Assembly (NCBI GenBank): GCA_001643675.2 | Contig: LSRY02000003.1 | Span: 186,001 to 250,000 of the forward strand | Reading direction: 5' to 3' | Origin: Monocercomonoides exilis PA203 | Lineage: Eukaryota; Protista; Preaxostyla | Length of the DNA stretch: 64,000 bases | Shown here: positions 1 to 11,869 of the stretch, in pieces | Position numbering within the stretch: the first letter of the stretch is position 1 | Layout of the letters: every line of letters starts with the position of its first letter | Made by a program: the position numbers and the translations under genes | Notes under the pieces: model-generated | Told to the model about the DNA's origin: nothing | Seen by the model: the letters and a program-made list of their open reading frames with translations, nothing else | Database searches by the model: none

Positions 1-350
1 TTAGTTTGAAAGGTTTTTGTGAATTGAGAATTTGTGAATGAAATAGTTTTATTAGCTTTTTTGAGACTTTAGTTTGAATTCTTATGAAAAAATATATCTG
101 AAAGCATCTTTTTGTGTCTTTCTTCTTCACAAAATGTTTTTTCTTTTCTTTTTCTTTTACAAAAAACACTGAAATGAATCCAAAACAAAAAGACAAAACC
201 AAAATGTCTACGTGTAATTATGAAATGATGCATATTATCAAAATAAATAAATCAAAATGAATACAAGCAATGACAAATACTGTTTGCAACAGATTTCTCT
301 GTCACTCAATTTTAAAGAAGGGAAACAAATGCTTTTGTTTCATTTGAAGT

Positions 351-829
351 TTATAATTCTGTTCATAACACAATGAAATATAAGCAAATATTTCACATAT
401 CAAAAAAAAAGATAAAGTCAAAAGACAATTTAAAAAAAGAAAGAAAGAAAAAGTGAAATTTGAAAGAAATATGAATCAAATAGAAGAGCAATGAACAAAC
501 CTTCGTAAGACTTCCAAATTGTTGGCGGCAATCCGTCAACATCCTTCGGAGTGATCAAATCAGACAGAAGATTCAAAGGAGAAAGGGATGAAGTGCGAGA
601 AGAACGAGAAGGAGATGGCGAAGGTGAAGGTGAAGGTGTTGTTAATGAAGAAGATGAAGATGAAGAAGAGAGAAGAGAAGAAGAGGAAGAGGAAGAAGTG
701 AAAGGGCGATGTGTTGAAGAGGAAGTGGCAGACGAGCGAGGAGGTGTGGCTCGTCGTGTGGAAGAAGAAGAAGTGGAAGAGGAACGAGAATGGCGCGAGG
801 TGGATGTGGGACGGATGGCTGCTGAGGTT

Positions 830-864
<35 letters not shown>

Positions 865-3654
865 TGGTGAGGAGGAGGAGGAGGAGGAGGAATGAGATGA
901 ATCAGAAGAAGAAGATGATGATGATGAATTGATGGCAGATTTCAGCCAGGGAAATGCCGCAAGTGGATCACTTGAAGAAGAAGAAGAAGAAGAAGGCAAA
1001 GAAGGCAGAGAAGAAGTAGAGGAAGAAGAAGAAGGAGAAGTCAACGCAGCAAGTGCATTCGGTGTGCCAGTTGTAGACACGCCACCAGCTGTGAGCTTTG
1101 CGAGTTCTTCAGCCGAGAAATCGATGGGCTTCTTTGTGACCGCGTCGAATGTGCTGGCTGAGATCGTCGTGCCCTTCGGCAGCGCTTTGATGGCGTTGTC
1201 GCCGTTCTCTGCAGACGAAGAGAGCACGCCGTGTGCAATCGTGTCTGCCTCCAGCTGCAGGAAGCGTCGATGCGCCAGCTCCAACTTCCGCTCGAGATAT
1301 TCTTTCTGCTCTCGAAATGACTCCTCCATCTCATTCACAATCTCTCTGTGCGCCACTTTCAGCCGCTCGTTCTCCAGCAGCGCTTTCGACAGCTGCGCCT
1401 CGAACCCTCTCTTCATCTGCTGCATCTCCTCTCTCAGCGCATTCTCAAACGTGTCTGCCGCCACACCAGGGCTCACCATCGCATGCTGCAGATTCTCCAC
1501 CATCATCAGCTTCGTCGACTCCAGCTTCAGCTTCAGCTCTGTGATTTCGCGTGCTTTAGAGTCCATCTCCCTTCTGTGTGCTGCCTTCAGAAGAGCAATC
1601 TCCCCTTTGATCCTCTCCACTTCGGTGCTTCTTTCGGGTTTCGGCTCGACCATCACAGACTTCACATCAATCACAAGCATCTTGTTCGACACCACTTTCA
1701 GCTTCTCCAACACATCCAGATATTCTTTCTCTTTCTTCTCAAACGACTCTGACAGCGCCTTGTTCTTCTGCTTCTCGTCCTCCAGCGCCTTCTCCACTTC
1801 TGTCAGCCGCTCCTCAAACAGACGCAGCGCTGATGAACCTGCTGCCAAAGAGGAAGAGGAGGAGGAGGAAGAAGAAGAAGAAGAAGAGTTTGGACTGCTC
1901 CCACGGCGTGTTGTTGACGCAGAAGATGGAAGGGCAGGCGAAGAAGGTGTGCCAGCTGTTGTGCTTGTTGATGTCGTAACTGTTGTTGTTCGCACTGAAA
2001 TTAGCGCTTCTTTCGTTTTCAGCTCGTTCTTCGCCTCTTCCAGCGCCTTTTCCAGTTTTTCTTTTTCTCCGCGGAGAATATCGTTTTCTGCCCTCAGCGT
2101 GATGACCATCTTTTTGTTGAGCTCTGACTCTTCCGCTGTCTCCTTCATCTCGCTCTTCATCCGCGTAACCTCTGCTTTCTGACTGTCGACGTCTGTTTGC
2201 GCTTTTTTAGCCTCCTCTTTCGCTTCCTCTTTCGCCTTCGCTTCTTTCTCCTTCTCCGTCTTCATCGCCTCCACATCGCCTTTCGCAGCCAGCAGCTCCT
2301 TCTCTTTTGCCTCAATCACAACAAGATACTCTTCCCTTATCCTTGTCTCCTTCACCCCCCACTCTTTCTCCTTCTCTTTCAGTTCCTTCAGCGCCGCCGC
2401 TGCTTTCTCCTTCCACCCGTTCGACGCTGTCTCAATCTGAACAAGAAGCCCTTCCTTCTCCTTTTCAGCTGCTTCCATCCGCTTTTTCGCCTCATTCTTT
2501 TCGCTCTCTCGCTCTTTCTCGATGCTCTTCAGTGTGTTCTTCAGCGTGGTGATCTCAATCTCCAGCTCAGACACCATTTTCTCTTTCTCTTTGATCCTCT
2601 CCCGCTCTCTCTCCTTCTCCTTCACCCGCTCAGCCTGCCAGTCGGTGACACGCTTCTTCTCCACCTCCATCTGCTTCTCTCTGTCCTTCTCGCGCTCTTT
2701 CTCCTTCGCTCGGAATCTTCCTATCTCCTGCTCCAGTGAAGCAACCATTCTCCTCAGCGATGCCTTCTCTGCTTCCCACTCTGGCGGCAATGCTGCTCCT
2801 GCTGCTGCCACAGAAGAAGCAGAAGGTGTGGAAGAAGCAGAAGCTGCTGATGAGCTGTTGGCTGTTGAAACTCGACGAGATGATGTGGAAGAGGATCTGG
2901 TTGCTGGTGACGGCTGTGAAGTGATTAAATTTGAAGAAGTCGAAGATGAACCAGATGATGGAGGAGTTGGTGAAGATGGCTGCAAAAGAGAAAGAGACGA
3001 AGATGAAGAAGATCTCTTAGAAAGCCCTATGTTTCCGCTCGATGCTCCCTTTTGCATCCATCCTCTTTCTGTTTGAGTTTCATTATCAACCATCATCACT
3101 TCAATCTTCGATTTATCTCTGTCGTCAATCTGTGAATCCTCTTCCTTGTGTAAGTTGCGTGATTTTAAATTGTCGCGTAAAGATTTTAATTCTTCATCTT
3201 TTTGCAAAAGCACTGTTCGAAGTTCCGTTAGCTCTTTTTCGCTTGTTCGCAGTTTGTCCTTCAATGATAAATTCTCTGCTTTCAGCATAGAAATCTCTTT
3301 CTCGAGTCTTTCAAGTGACAATGATCCATTATTCGAATCTGTTGAATCTCTTCTTATAGAAGTTCCAATTGTAGCGCTCAATAAACTTTTTGAAGCACTC
3401 TGAGTTGAGGGAGCTTTAAGTTCATGATCGCTTGGACGAAAAATGGATGAAACAGAAGGCGCAGAAACAAATGAAGGGGGTGCAAATGCAGTGGTGGATG
3501 TTTTCTGCTTCACTAATTGTATTGAGCCAGTTGACCCAGATTGACGGAGTGGTGGAGCTGAAAAAGTGTGTTGCTGTCGCATAACTTGCGAAGATGATTT
3601 CCCTGAAAACATTTTTGGTTGATAAGCAGGCGTTTGACGAACTTGTTGTGCCAT
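351..3654 (-). CDS. Large coiled-coil, Ser-rich hypothetical protein; probable terminal intron 359-500
   Basis: Long open frame 430-3693 with first ATG at 3654 (MAQQVRQ...). It has long E/K-rich heptad stretches and poly-Ser tracts. A GT donor at 500 and AG acceptor at 360-359 give the end ...YE-E-L-TAA (351). No family recognised. Confidence 0.75.
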
Positions 3655-4065
3655 AAATAAAGATGGTTTTTTTTGGATATTTTCTAAATTCAACTTTATT
3701 CTTTTAAACCAAAATAAAACATGAAAAGAAGACGATATTTGATTGAGTTACAAAAAATAATAATACATAATATAATGTAATGCAATAAATAACCTGAAAA
3801 ATACAAATGTCTCAACGTTGAAGAAATAAGTTTAGAAAATAAAAACCAAATGATCAGGATTATGGGCATTCGAAAGTTTAATGTTCATTAAAAAATTTGA
3901 CTGAAACCACATATCTGCCCATCCCAATGATGCGTATGAACAAGTAACATTAGAAAGAAAGAAGCTTTCTTTGTTTTGATTGCGGTTAGCGAGTTTCTTT
4001 GAAAAAAGAAAAATATTTTTGCAATATCGATGAATTTGTTTTTCAAAGACTTTTTCTTGAATAGA

Positions 4066-5276
4066 TCATTTGAAATCTTTGGAATTGAGATCAAACGGAT
4101 TTGCAAATGCAAGACCCACTGCAAAAGGAGAGGACATAAAAGTTGGCTCTCGTTTATTTCGTGCAGGTGTTGTCAGAAGTGCAGATGTTGTGTTTTGTGA
4201 TGTGATGGAAGATGTATGTGATGGAATTCTTGAGGAAGAAGATGAAATGGCATAAGTGCTTTGAGAAATCAGCGGAATAGAAGGTTGTGTAATCGATGGA
4301 AGCTGCGAGATTTTTTGTTCTTTGGATATTTTCATAGAAGAAATTGATTCGAAGATTGATTCAGGTGTTGCAGAAGAAGGAAATGGCGAAGAACTTTGTG
4401 AAGAAGATGAAGAAGATTGTGCATAAGAGGATGATGAAGATGATGATGATGTGTATAATGATTTGTCTTGCAGATTTGATGGATCAAGATACACAAAAGG
4501 ATGTATCATAATGGGCTTAAAATCGTCATGAGATTTTGGAATTTTCTCCTCAATCTCTTTTTCAACATCAATCTTTTCTTGAGCACGAACTCGGGACTGC
4601 GTTGAAGGAGGGATAGAAGGAAATGATTCTCTTCTTTGTATTCCTCCACCTGTTACTCCATGAATATAATTTCTTTCAACCTCACTTCGAAATGGGCCTC
4701 CGAAATAATCGTCAAATACAACAAAATTATTTGCCTATGGAACATATGAAACAAGTCCGAAGTGCTTTCTAAGAAATGCAATTAATTTAGGTGATGGACG
4801 ATCATATCCCATCCTGTGAGGTTGAATTCCATCAACCTGAAAAGAAAAAAAACATATTTAGCAAGCAAATGAAAAAATAATCATAACCTCAATGCATTTT
4901 TCAAATAAAGAATGGTCTATTCCTAAACGTTGGCACCACTCGTGAACATAAAAGTCAAGACAGCAATAAGGATTGATTTCGGCAAATGTTCCCGCTCTGT
5001 TTCTAATAAATAAATGCTTTTTTCCCATTTTTAAAATCTCCATGGTTTTTGATTCTGATACATATACAAAAAGCTAATTATCATAAGTTGTCATTTTGTT
5101 CATTGTCGTGATAATTTGAGGAAGATTCTGTGCTTTTGCTGAACCAGCCCCCATTGTATCAATAATCTTCTCCATGCTATTTTTTGTTAAGGCAAGAGAT
5201 ATTTTAATTCGTCTCGTGTCCAAATGGAAATTTGTTGATCCTTAAAGATTGGATGAAGTGGAAAAGGAAATTCCAT
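4066..5276 (-). pseudogene. ATAT1: Alpha-tubulin N-acetyltransferase (ATAT1/MEC-17 family) with disabling lesions
   Basis: Motifs MEFPF, IIDTMGAGSAKAQNL..IT, LKMGKKHLF, CCLDFYVHE.CQR.G, YDRPSPKL..FL.KHFGL and P*ANNFVVF. Intron at ~4838-4886. In-frame TAA 5187-5189, TAG 5074-5076 and TAG 4735-4737, plus a 1-nt frameshift near 5180. Confidence 0.85.
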
Positions 5277-5344
5277 TTTTTTATTCAATAATTAAATATG
5301 TGATTTTTGATCGAAAAATGAAGCTTTTTTGATTTCCATATATA

Positions 5345-6488
5345 GGGTGGTCCTTTATATTTTGCACAAAGAATAAAAAATGGGTAAATAAAAAATGAAT
5401 TATCAAAAATTTTTTGATATAACAGAGTTCTGCACTCTGATTGGAATGAATTCCGAAGAAATATATGAAAAACTGCAAATTGCGTATGGTTTAAAACTTC
5501 CGGATATAAGAACTATTCGTTCATGGAACATTCGAATTCAAAGGCGAGAAGAAATTGACAGGAGACATTATAATCGCGGAAAACCAACTAATGAAGTGTT
5601 GATAAAGAAGATACAACAAGCAGTGGAAGAAAATCCTCATATTAGCTCCCGAGCTTTGGCAGAACAATTTAGTGTTGCTAAAACAACTGTTTTACGGATT
5701 CTTCATGAAAAATTACATCTCCATTCTTACAAAATTAGGTGGGTGCCGTACTCACTGAATGATGATCAGAAAAAAATCCGCGTTCAAACTGGCTTACAAT
5801 TACAGGAGATATTGAGAGATTTACGAAAAAGAAATTTTGAAGGGCTGATTACAGGTGATGAATCTTTTTTCTTCAGAAGGTATAATTTCGAATGCGAATG
5901 GAGAAAAGAAAAATCTGAAGTGTCAACTGCAGCAAATTACACTTATTCTGATAAGAAATTCATGTACACAATTTTCATTTCAGTCCATGGGCTGTTTTTT
6001 CTTAATATTCTACCAGAAAAAACAAAAATGAATGCAGAATATTTCGTGAATTCGATATTAAAGCCCATTAGCCAGATTCAAATAGACCTTTCTTCCGTTT
6101 CTCCTATGGATTTTTTTATTCATTTCGATAATGCTCGTCCGCACACAGCAGCAATTTCAAAGATCTTTGCGGAGGAGCATCATTTAAATATTCTTCCGCA
6201 TCCTCCTTATTCTCCTGATGTTGCGCCATGCGATTTTTTCCTCTTCGGCTACATTAAGCAAGCTCTGAAAGGGAAAAAAATTTCTTATTCTAAAGAATTA
6301 GAAATAGAAATAAGAAATATTCTTCATACAATATCTTCAGACATGATTATTCGTGCCTTTGAAAGTTGGATTAAGCGATTGGAGTTTATTACAACTCATA
6401 ACGGTGAATATTTTTATGATTGAATTTTTATTCTCATTAAATTATGAAACCATATCAAAATTTTTTAACAAAATATAAAGGACCACCC
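5345..6488 (+). mobile_element. Mariner (Tc1/mariner, DD34D) DNA transposon, apparently intact
   Basis: Perfect 20-bp TIRs GGGTGGTCCTTTATATTTTG (5345-5364) and CAAAATATAAAGGACCACCC (6469-6488), flanked by TA on both sides. Encloses a complete transposase ORF. Confidence 0.95.
5395..6423 (+). CDS. Mariner transposase (342 aa)
   Basis: N-terminal HTH region, WVPYSL (WVPHEL-like), TGDES, HFDNARPH and YSPDVAPCD. There are 34 residues between the second and third Asp. Confidence 0.95.
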   Translation: MNYQKFFDITEFCTLIGMNSEEIYEKLQIAYGLKLPDIRTIRSWNIRIQRREEIDRRHYNRGKPTNEVLIKKIQQAVEENPHISSRALAEQFSVAKTTVLRILHEKLHLHSYKIRWVPYSLNDDQKKIRVQTGLQLQEILRDLRKRNFEGLITGDESFFFRRYNFECEWRKEKSEVSTAANYTYSDKKFMYTIFISVHGLFFLNILPEKTKMNAEYFVNSILKPISQIQIDLSSVSPMDFFIHFDNARPHTAAISKIFAEEHHLNILPHPPYSPDVAPCDFFLFGYIKQALKGKKISYSKELEIEIRNILHTISSDMIIRAFESWIKRLEFITTHNGEYFYD

Positions 6489-6494
6489 TATATA

Positions 6495-6702
6495 TAGCTG
6501 ATCCTTTTTGAAGTCATACTTTCGTTCGAGTTTTGATCAAAATTATAATCTCAATGGAATATCGAAAAAAATGAGTTGAAATAGTGAACACTTATTATTT
6601 ATGATATTGCAATTGCAAAAACAAATTTTGACACAAATCCCATTGAGAAAAATTTTTCGATCAAGACTTGAACGAAAGTCTGATTTCAAAAAGGATCGGC
6701 CA
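6495..6702. mobile_element. Small hairpin MITE-like element abutting the mariner
   Basis: Imperfect inverted repeat: GCTGATCCTTTTTGAAGTCATACTTTCGTTCGAGTTTTGATC (from 6497) pairs with GATCAAGACTTGAACGAAAGTCTGATTTCAAAAAGGATCGGC (to 6700). TA-rich flanks. Confidence 0.6.
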
Positions 6703-7398
6703 TATATAAGCATGGGAATGTTTGACTTTCTAAGGTATGACAAAGAAAAGGTTCTGAACAAAACAAAGTTTTTTCATGAAAGAAAAAATTTCGCACCATA
6801 AAAAACATTTTTGCTTTTAAATTGCTCAAATATCGTTTTTATAAGTGCTTTAATTATGAATGAATATGAGAAGCAAAAAATAAAGATTCTTTAAAAAAAG
6901 GTTAAATAATTACATTTATTTTGGACCTGTGCGGCATGACAAGCAATTTTTTCACTCAATCGGTTTCTAAACAAAAAAATATATTAAAAAAAAAAAAAGA
7001 AAAGAAACAATTATTCGTCACTTATATTTCACATTTCGTTGTTCTTTCAGGTCAGAACGACAAAAAATACACAAATTTTCATTCATTCATCAAATGAAAT
7101 AATTTGTTGCTCAAATTATATTTTTTGAATTTCATTTTATTTAACCTTTTTATAGAAAATATTTTTTTTGAGAGACACATTCGAAAAAAGAATGTATTTG
7201 AACAAAGACAAATCACTTTTGGTGAATTTGTTTCGTTGCATTTTCATTTAATAACTGGAATAAATATCAATACTCTTTCAAAATCTGCCCATATAATTAT
7301 TTTTCTTTTTTAACTTAGATTGGGTGAAAAAGATCGATCTCAAGTTTTTTCTTTTCCTTTTTTGCAATTAATCACGAGTTTGTGGACTTTGCAAAAAC

Positions 7399-8101
7399 AT
7401 GGGACCTAAATCGAGTACGCAAATTAAAAAGGAGGAAATAACTGCACTTCAAGAGAAAACTCACTTTGATGAAATGGAATTGAAGCAAATATGGAAGCAT
7501 TTTGCCAGAATATCCAGTTCCAAGACTGTAGATGGAGTGATTGACAAAGAAGAATTTAAAGAAGCATTGGGACTTACAGGCAGCGATGCGATCGCGGATC
7601 GAATTTTTAGTGTCTTCGATGAAAATGGAGATGGGTCTGCTTATTGATAATAAATCTGAAAGTTTCAACTTGCTATCATTTTTTATGATTCCATCAATAA
7701 TTTAGTTTTATTAATGCGCAAGAATTTGTTTGTGGACTTTCATTTTTTAGCAAGAAAGCGACTTTTGATGAAAAGCTGCACTGTATGAATTAATTGACAT
7801 ATTTTTGATTTTTTTAAAAGGCTTCTTCATTTAAAAAGTTGCTTTTAACATTTATGATATCGATAAAAACGGGCATATAGACAAATCCGAATTACTACAC
7901 ATTTTGAAAGCGTCTCTTTTTGAAAATACCTTATCATTAACGGAGGAGCAAATGAAGCAGGCGGTTGATGCTACTTTCGCGGAAGCAGATCTTGATGGAG
8001 ATGGCCTGATATCATTTGAAGAATTTCGTGAAATGGTTCTTAAGCATCCTCAGATGATCGATTCAATGACTATTTCGACTGATTTTGCATCTTCTTCTTA
8101 G
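7399..8101 (+). CDS. Calcineurin B-like (CBL-type) EF-hand calcium sensor; exons 7399-7634, 7706-7782, 7839-8101
   Basis: MGPKSS myristoylation-type N-terminus and a 14-residue first loop SSSKTVDGVIDKEE. EF loops DENGDGFINAQE, DIDKNGHIDKSE and DLDGDGLISFEE. Two GT-AG introns restore the frame. Confidence 0.9.
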
Positions 8102-8561
8102 ATATTAACACTTCAGAAGCATTGACTTGAGCTCAAATGGCAGTGTTTTATTTGTTTCGAAATGTTCTGCTATTTTTATTTCCACATTTCTCTCAATTTC
8201 TCGTTATGTTTTCGTACTCCAACTTGAATTAACTTTCAAACTTAACAGTTTATTTGCACACTTCACCAATTGATTTTATCGAATGACTGAATGATCTCTT
8301 CTTCTTTTATTTCGTATTTTGGAGCTTATGAAAATCCAATTTGTTTTAACTTGAAAATTGCAAAGCCTACGTTTTTTCCCACGTCGATTTTTCTTTCTGT
8401 TCTCATCCACTGCCCGTCGCACATTTGTTATCGTTTTTAGTTAAATGAAGCACACAGCTGATGTTTGTTTTTATTTTTATTTATCTTATTCTCAAAAAAG
8501 AATAAAATATTACACCAAAAAAATTATGAATGAAAATTTATTTAATGCCCATAATTTGAAA

Positions 8562-9454
8562 ATGTCTGATGTTGATGACTTTATTCGCTCACTAGAAAGC
8601 GGAAATATTTCTTCTCAACCTGTAAAACAAAGGCAACCATATGACTTCTCTTCTTTTTTAAGTAAGACTTCTGTATCATCTTCAAAACAGCCAGCTACCC
8701 AGAAAACTAGTTCTTTTATATCTTCTTCAACAAAATCAGCACCTTCAAGTGATGTTGATTCATTTCTCGCTTCACTAGAAAATACTGAAATCCAGTCATC
8801 TTGCAAACCTTCGCATACTTCTTTGGCATCAGTTTCTTTTCCAAATATATATTCATCGAAATCATCTCAAAGTGACTCGACACATTTATCATCAGGAAAA
8901 ACTGTTGATACAACATCATCATCCCATTCAATTTCTTCAGCAACTTCTTGCAATGATGCTGTATTTCTAAAACCAGGAGAAACGCAATATTGCACAGATG
9001 TTATTCTCGGTTCGGCAAACGCTCCACGGGGGATAAATAGACTTACAACAACGCCTGCAGCTTGTGATAAATTAAGGTGCACATCATGTGACTTTCGTGT
9101 TGTTGGAATTCCGGACAGGGCTTGGAAAAAAACTACCGAATACATTGATTTTCGCAATGCCAACACAAAAATTGAGGTTTTAAATAGTTTAACGATTTCT
9201 CGCCCAGGTCTGCTTGTTTACAATTATGAGCATTTCGGTTTAACGTTGAATCAACGATATTTGAATTTATAAATTTGATAGGAACTGTGGCTTACTGCTG
9301 TCAATGCACTTGGAGGTCTGTAAGAAAAACTTGTTCAATTTCAGAAGGAGTGGAATCGTATCAAGATCCTTTCGGAGGTTATGGAAGCGGAGGATTAGGC
9401 GATTCTAAGCAATTAAGATGGGTTTGTGGAGGACACAAATTATCAAAGATATAA
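8562..9454 (+). CDS. CFAP418: Cilia/flagella-associated protein CFAP418 (C8orf37, RMP domain); intron 9208-9281
   Basis: C..V.LG, ACDKLRCTSCDFRV, W....EY..FRN, AYCCQCTWRSV and LRWVCGGH. Splicing joins the Cys motifs in frame. Confidence 0.85.
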
Positions 9455-9562
9455 AAATTTCAATTGATTTATTGATTAGAGTTTTTTTTTTTTAACCAAT
9501 TGAAAACAACATTTTTAAAGACTTTTGACTAATTAAAAAGAAAATTATAAAATCGAAAAAAT

Positions 9563-9635
9563 CGGCCCGAGGCGGGCTCGAACCGCCGACCTTGTGGTTA
9601 ACAGCCACACGCTCTGCCGACTGAGCCATCAGGCC
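9563..9635 (-). tRNA. tRNA-Asn(GTT)
   Basis: Minus strand reads GGCCTGATGGCTCAGTCGGCAGAGCGTGTGGCTGTTAACCACAAGGTCGGCGGTTCGAGCCCGCCTCGGGCCG: a cloverleaf with anticodon loop CTGTTAA and T-loop GTTCGA, followed by a T-run (Pol III terminator). Confidence 0.97.
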
Positions 9636-10663
9636 ATGTTAGAAGGGTGTGTTAATTTCACATTTAATATACAAAATCTTTTTTCTGAATAATCATCTTC
9701 AAAAAAATTTAGTTTGTTTTTTCCTTTTATTTAGTTTAGTTTGGTCATTATTTTTTTATCAATGGAAAAACTCTTTTATTTACATTGTTGGAAAAGGTGA
9801 ATAAAACCTAATGTTTTTAAAAAAACAGTTGAAATTTTGAAAAGATAAGAATGGCTTTTTGGTAGGCTGATTTTTTCAATTTGGTTTCAGCAATGTTGCA
9901 AGTCATGAAAAAGACAACAACGAAGATAAAAATATTTATCGAAAATATGAGAACACTCATATTTCATTTTCTTCATATTCTTGTTCTGAATCAAATTTCA
10001 AGATCCAACTTTAACCATATCTGAATTTTTTGTTGATGCTTCAAAAATAATCGCGATTGATTCATTAACTATTGTTGTATTTTCTTGAATTTATTTGGGT
10101 GAAAAATTTTTGAAAAATCGCTTTTTTTTTGTCTGATCAATCCCACAAATTATCGAATTTTTATTCTCAATCACCGTAATCAGTTTTCAAGTTTTTTATT
10201 ATTCATTTTGTGTCTCATAACACCATATTTTAATGAATATCAACAGAAAGAAACTTTTTTGATTTCATTTGTCATACAATGAACAACGAAAAATTTTTGA
10301 AAAAAAGCTAAATCATATGAACAAATTAACCTTGATTTTACTTTTTTCGTATCTCTATCTAAAGAATTACTGTTTTGATTTCACAGAACAATGTGTAATT
10401 TTACAAATTTCTTTTCAATTTTTGACAAATATGATGTCAATATGCTTTATCGAAAAAATAAGCTTCACTATTTTTTATTTCATATAATTTTCCTTATCTT
10501 TTTTCAAAAGAGTGCAATATTATCTGCAAAAGAAATTTTTTGCGAATGAATGGAGAATATTGAATGCATATATGATAACTTAAGAAATAACTTTTTTTTA
10601 AAAAAAGGATCTTTGACGAAAAAAGGTTTATTGGAACAATTCAAACATTGTGAGTTAACAGTT

Positions 10664-11673
10664 GGGTCAACTTTTTAATGGGACTTTTTCCTTAATTGGC
10701 ACTTTTTTTGTTTTTGCTTGCAAAATGCAGAGAAATGAGAAGTAGTTTTCAGCATTTTTAAAATCCTTTTTAACAAGTTTAATTCTATTTATTTGCAGTT
10801 TGTTTTTATATTTTAACTTATTACACATCGAGAAATTTCGTTTATTTGTTAAATTTAATAGTACTTTTTCTAGCCAACTGGGAATCGCTCAAGAAATTGG
10901 GGACATGTTTAATATTGCATTTGCTTCGAACTATTAATCTTTAAAATCTTTTTTTTCACAAACATTTTTTTTCTTGTTTTTTTCGCATTTCAAATTTTCA
11001 CCAACATGCTGACATAAAACTGTTTATTTCTTTATCAATATAATGAAATGAAAAAAATAAAAATATGATATGCAGAACTTACACTTTTATAATGAAATGA
11101 AGTAAAAATAAAACATTGTTTTTTTCTATTTGTATCTTACTTAACTTCGTTACAAAAGTTTGATCGAAGATCAAAAACAGTTGGCACCATTTGTCCGTTA
11201 GAGACAAATAGAAAAAAACAATGTTTTATTTTTACAACATTTCATTATAAAAGTGTAAGTTCTGCATATCATATTTTTATTTTTTTCATTTCATTATATT
11301 GATAAAGAAATAAACAGTTTTATGTCAGCATGTTGGTGAAAATTTGAAATGCGAAAAAAACAAGAAAAAAAATGTTTGTGAAAAAAAAGATTTTAAAGAT
11401 TAATAGTTCGAAGCAAATGCAATATAAAACATGTCCCCAATTTCTTGAGCGATTCCCAGTTGGCTAGAAAAAGTACTATTAAATTTAACAAATAAACGAA
11501 ATTTCTCGATGTGTAATAAGTTAAAATATAAAAACAAACTGCAAATAAATAGAATTAAACTTGTTAAAAAGGATTTTAAAAATGCTGAAAACTACTTCTC
11601 ATTTCTCTGCATTTTGCAAGCAAAAACAAAAAAAGTGCCAATTAAGGAAAAAGTCCCATTAAAAAGTTGGCCC
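10664..11673. mobile_element. Non-coding foldback element / long-TIR MITE (~470-bp arms, 70-bp spacer)
   Basis: 10664-11133 is the near-perfect reverse complement of 11204-11673. Ends are GGGTCAAC...GTTGGCCC, with TT on the left flank and TA on the right. Confidence 0.85.
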
Positions 11674-11869
11674 TAGTAAAAAAATATGAAAGAAAATCTT
11701 TTAATTTTCTTTGCAACGATATTATTTCTGACAATGTTCTTGCTTCCATACAAGCTCCTTCTTTTTTATTGAAACAATTAGATTTTTATCATCATAATGA
11801 AATATATGTGCTTCACATAAATTGTTCTTCATCGGCGTTTATTCCTTCATCTGCATCTTCTCAACTTTA

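Noticed and set aside
551-3403. Long plus-strand ORFs overlapping the coiled-coil gene, and similar antisense ORFs within 25073-38516
   Set aside because: These are shadows of low-complexity coding sequence on the opposite strand or frame, with no motifs of their own.
10656-11681. Assigning the 1-kb palindrome to Merlin or Mutator
   Set aside because: No 8-10-bp duplication flanks it (TAACAGTT vs TAGTAAAA). Only a possible degraded TA site is present.
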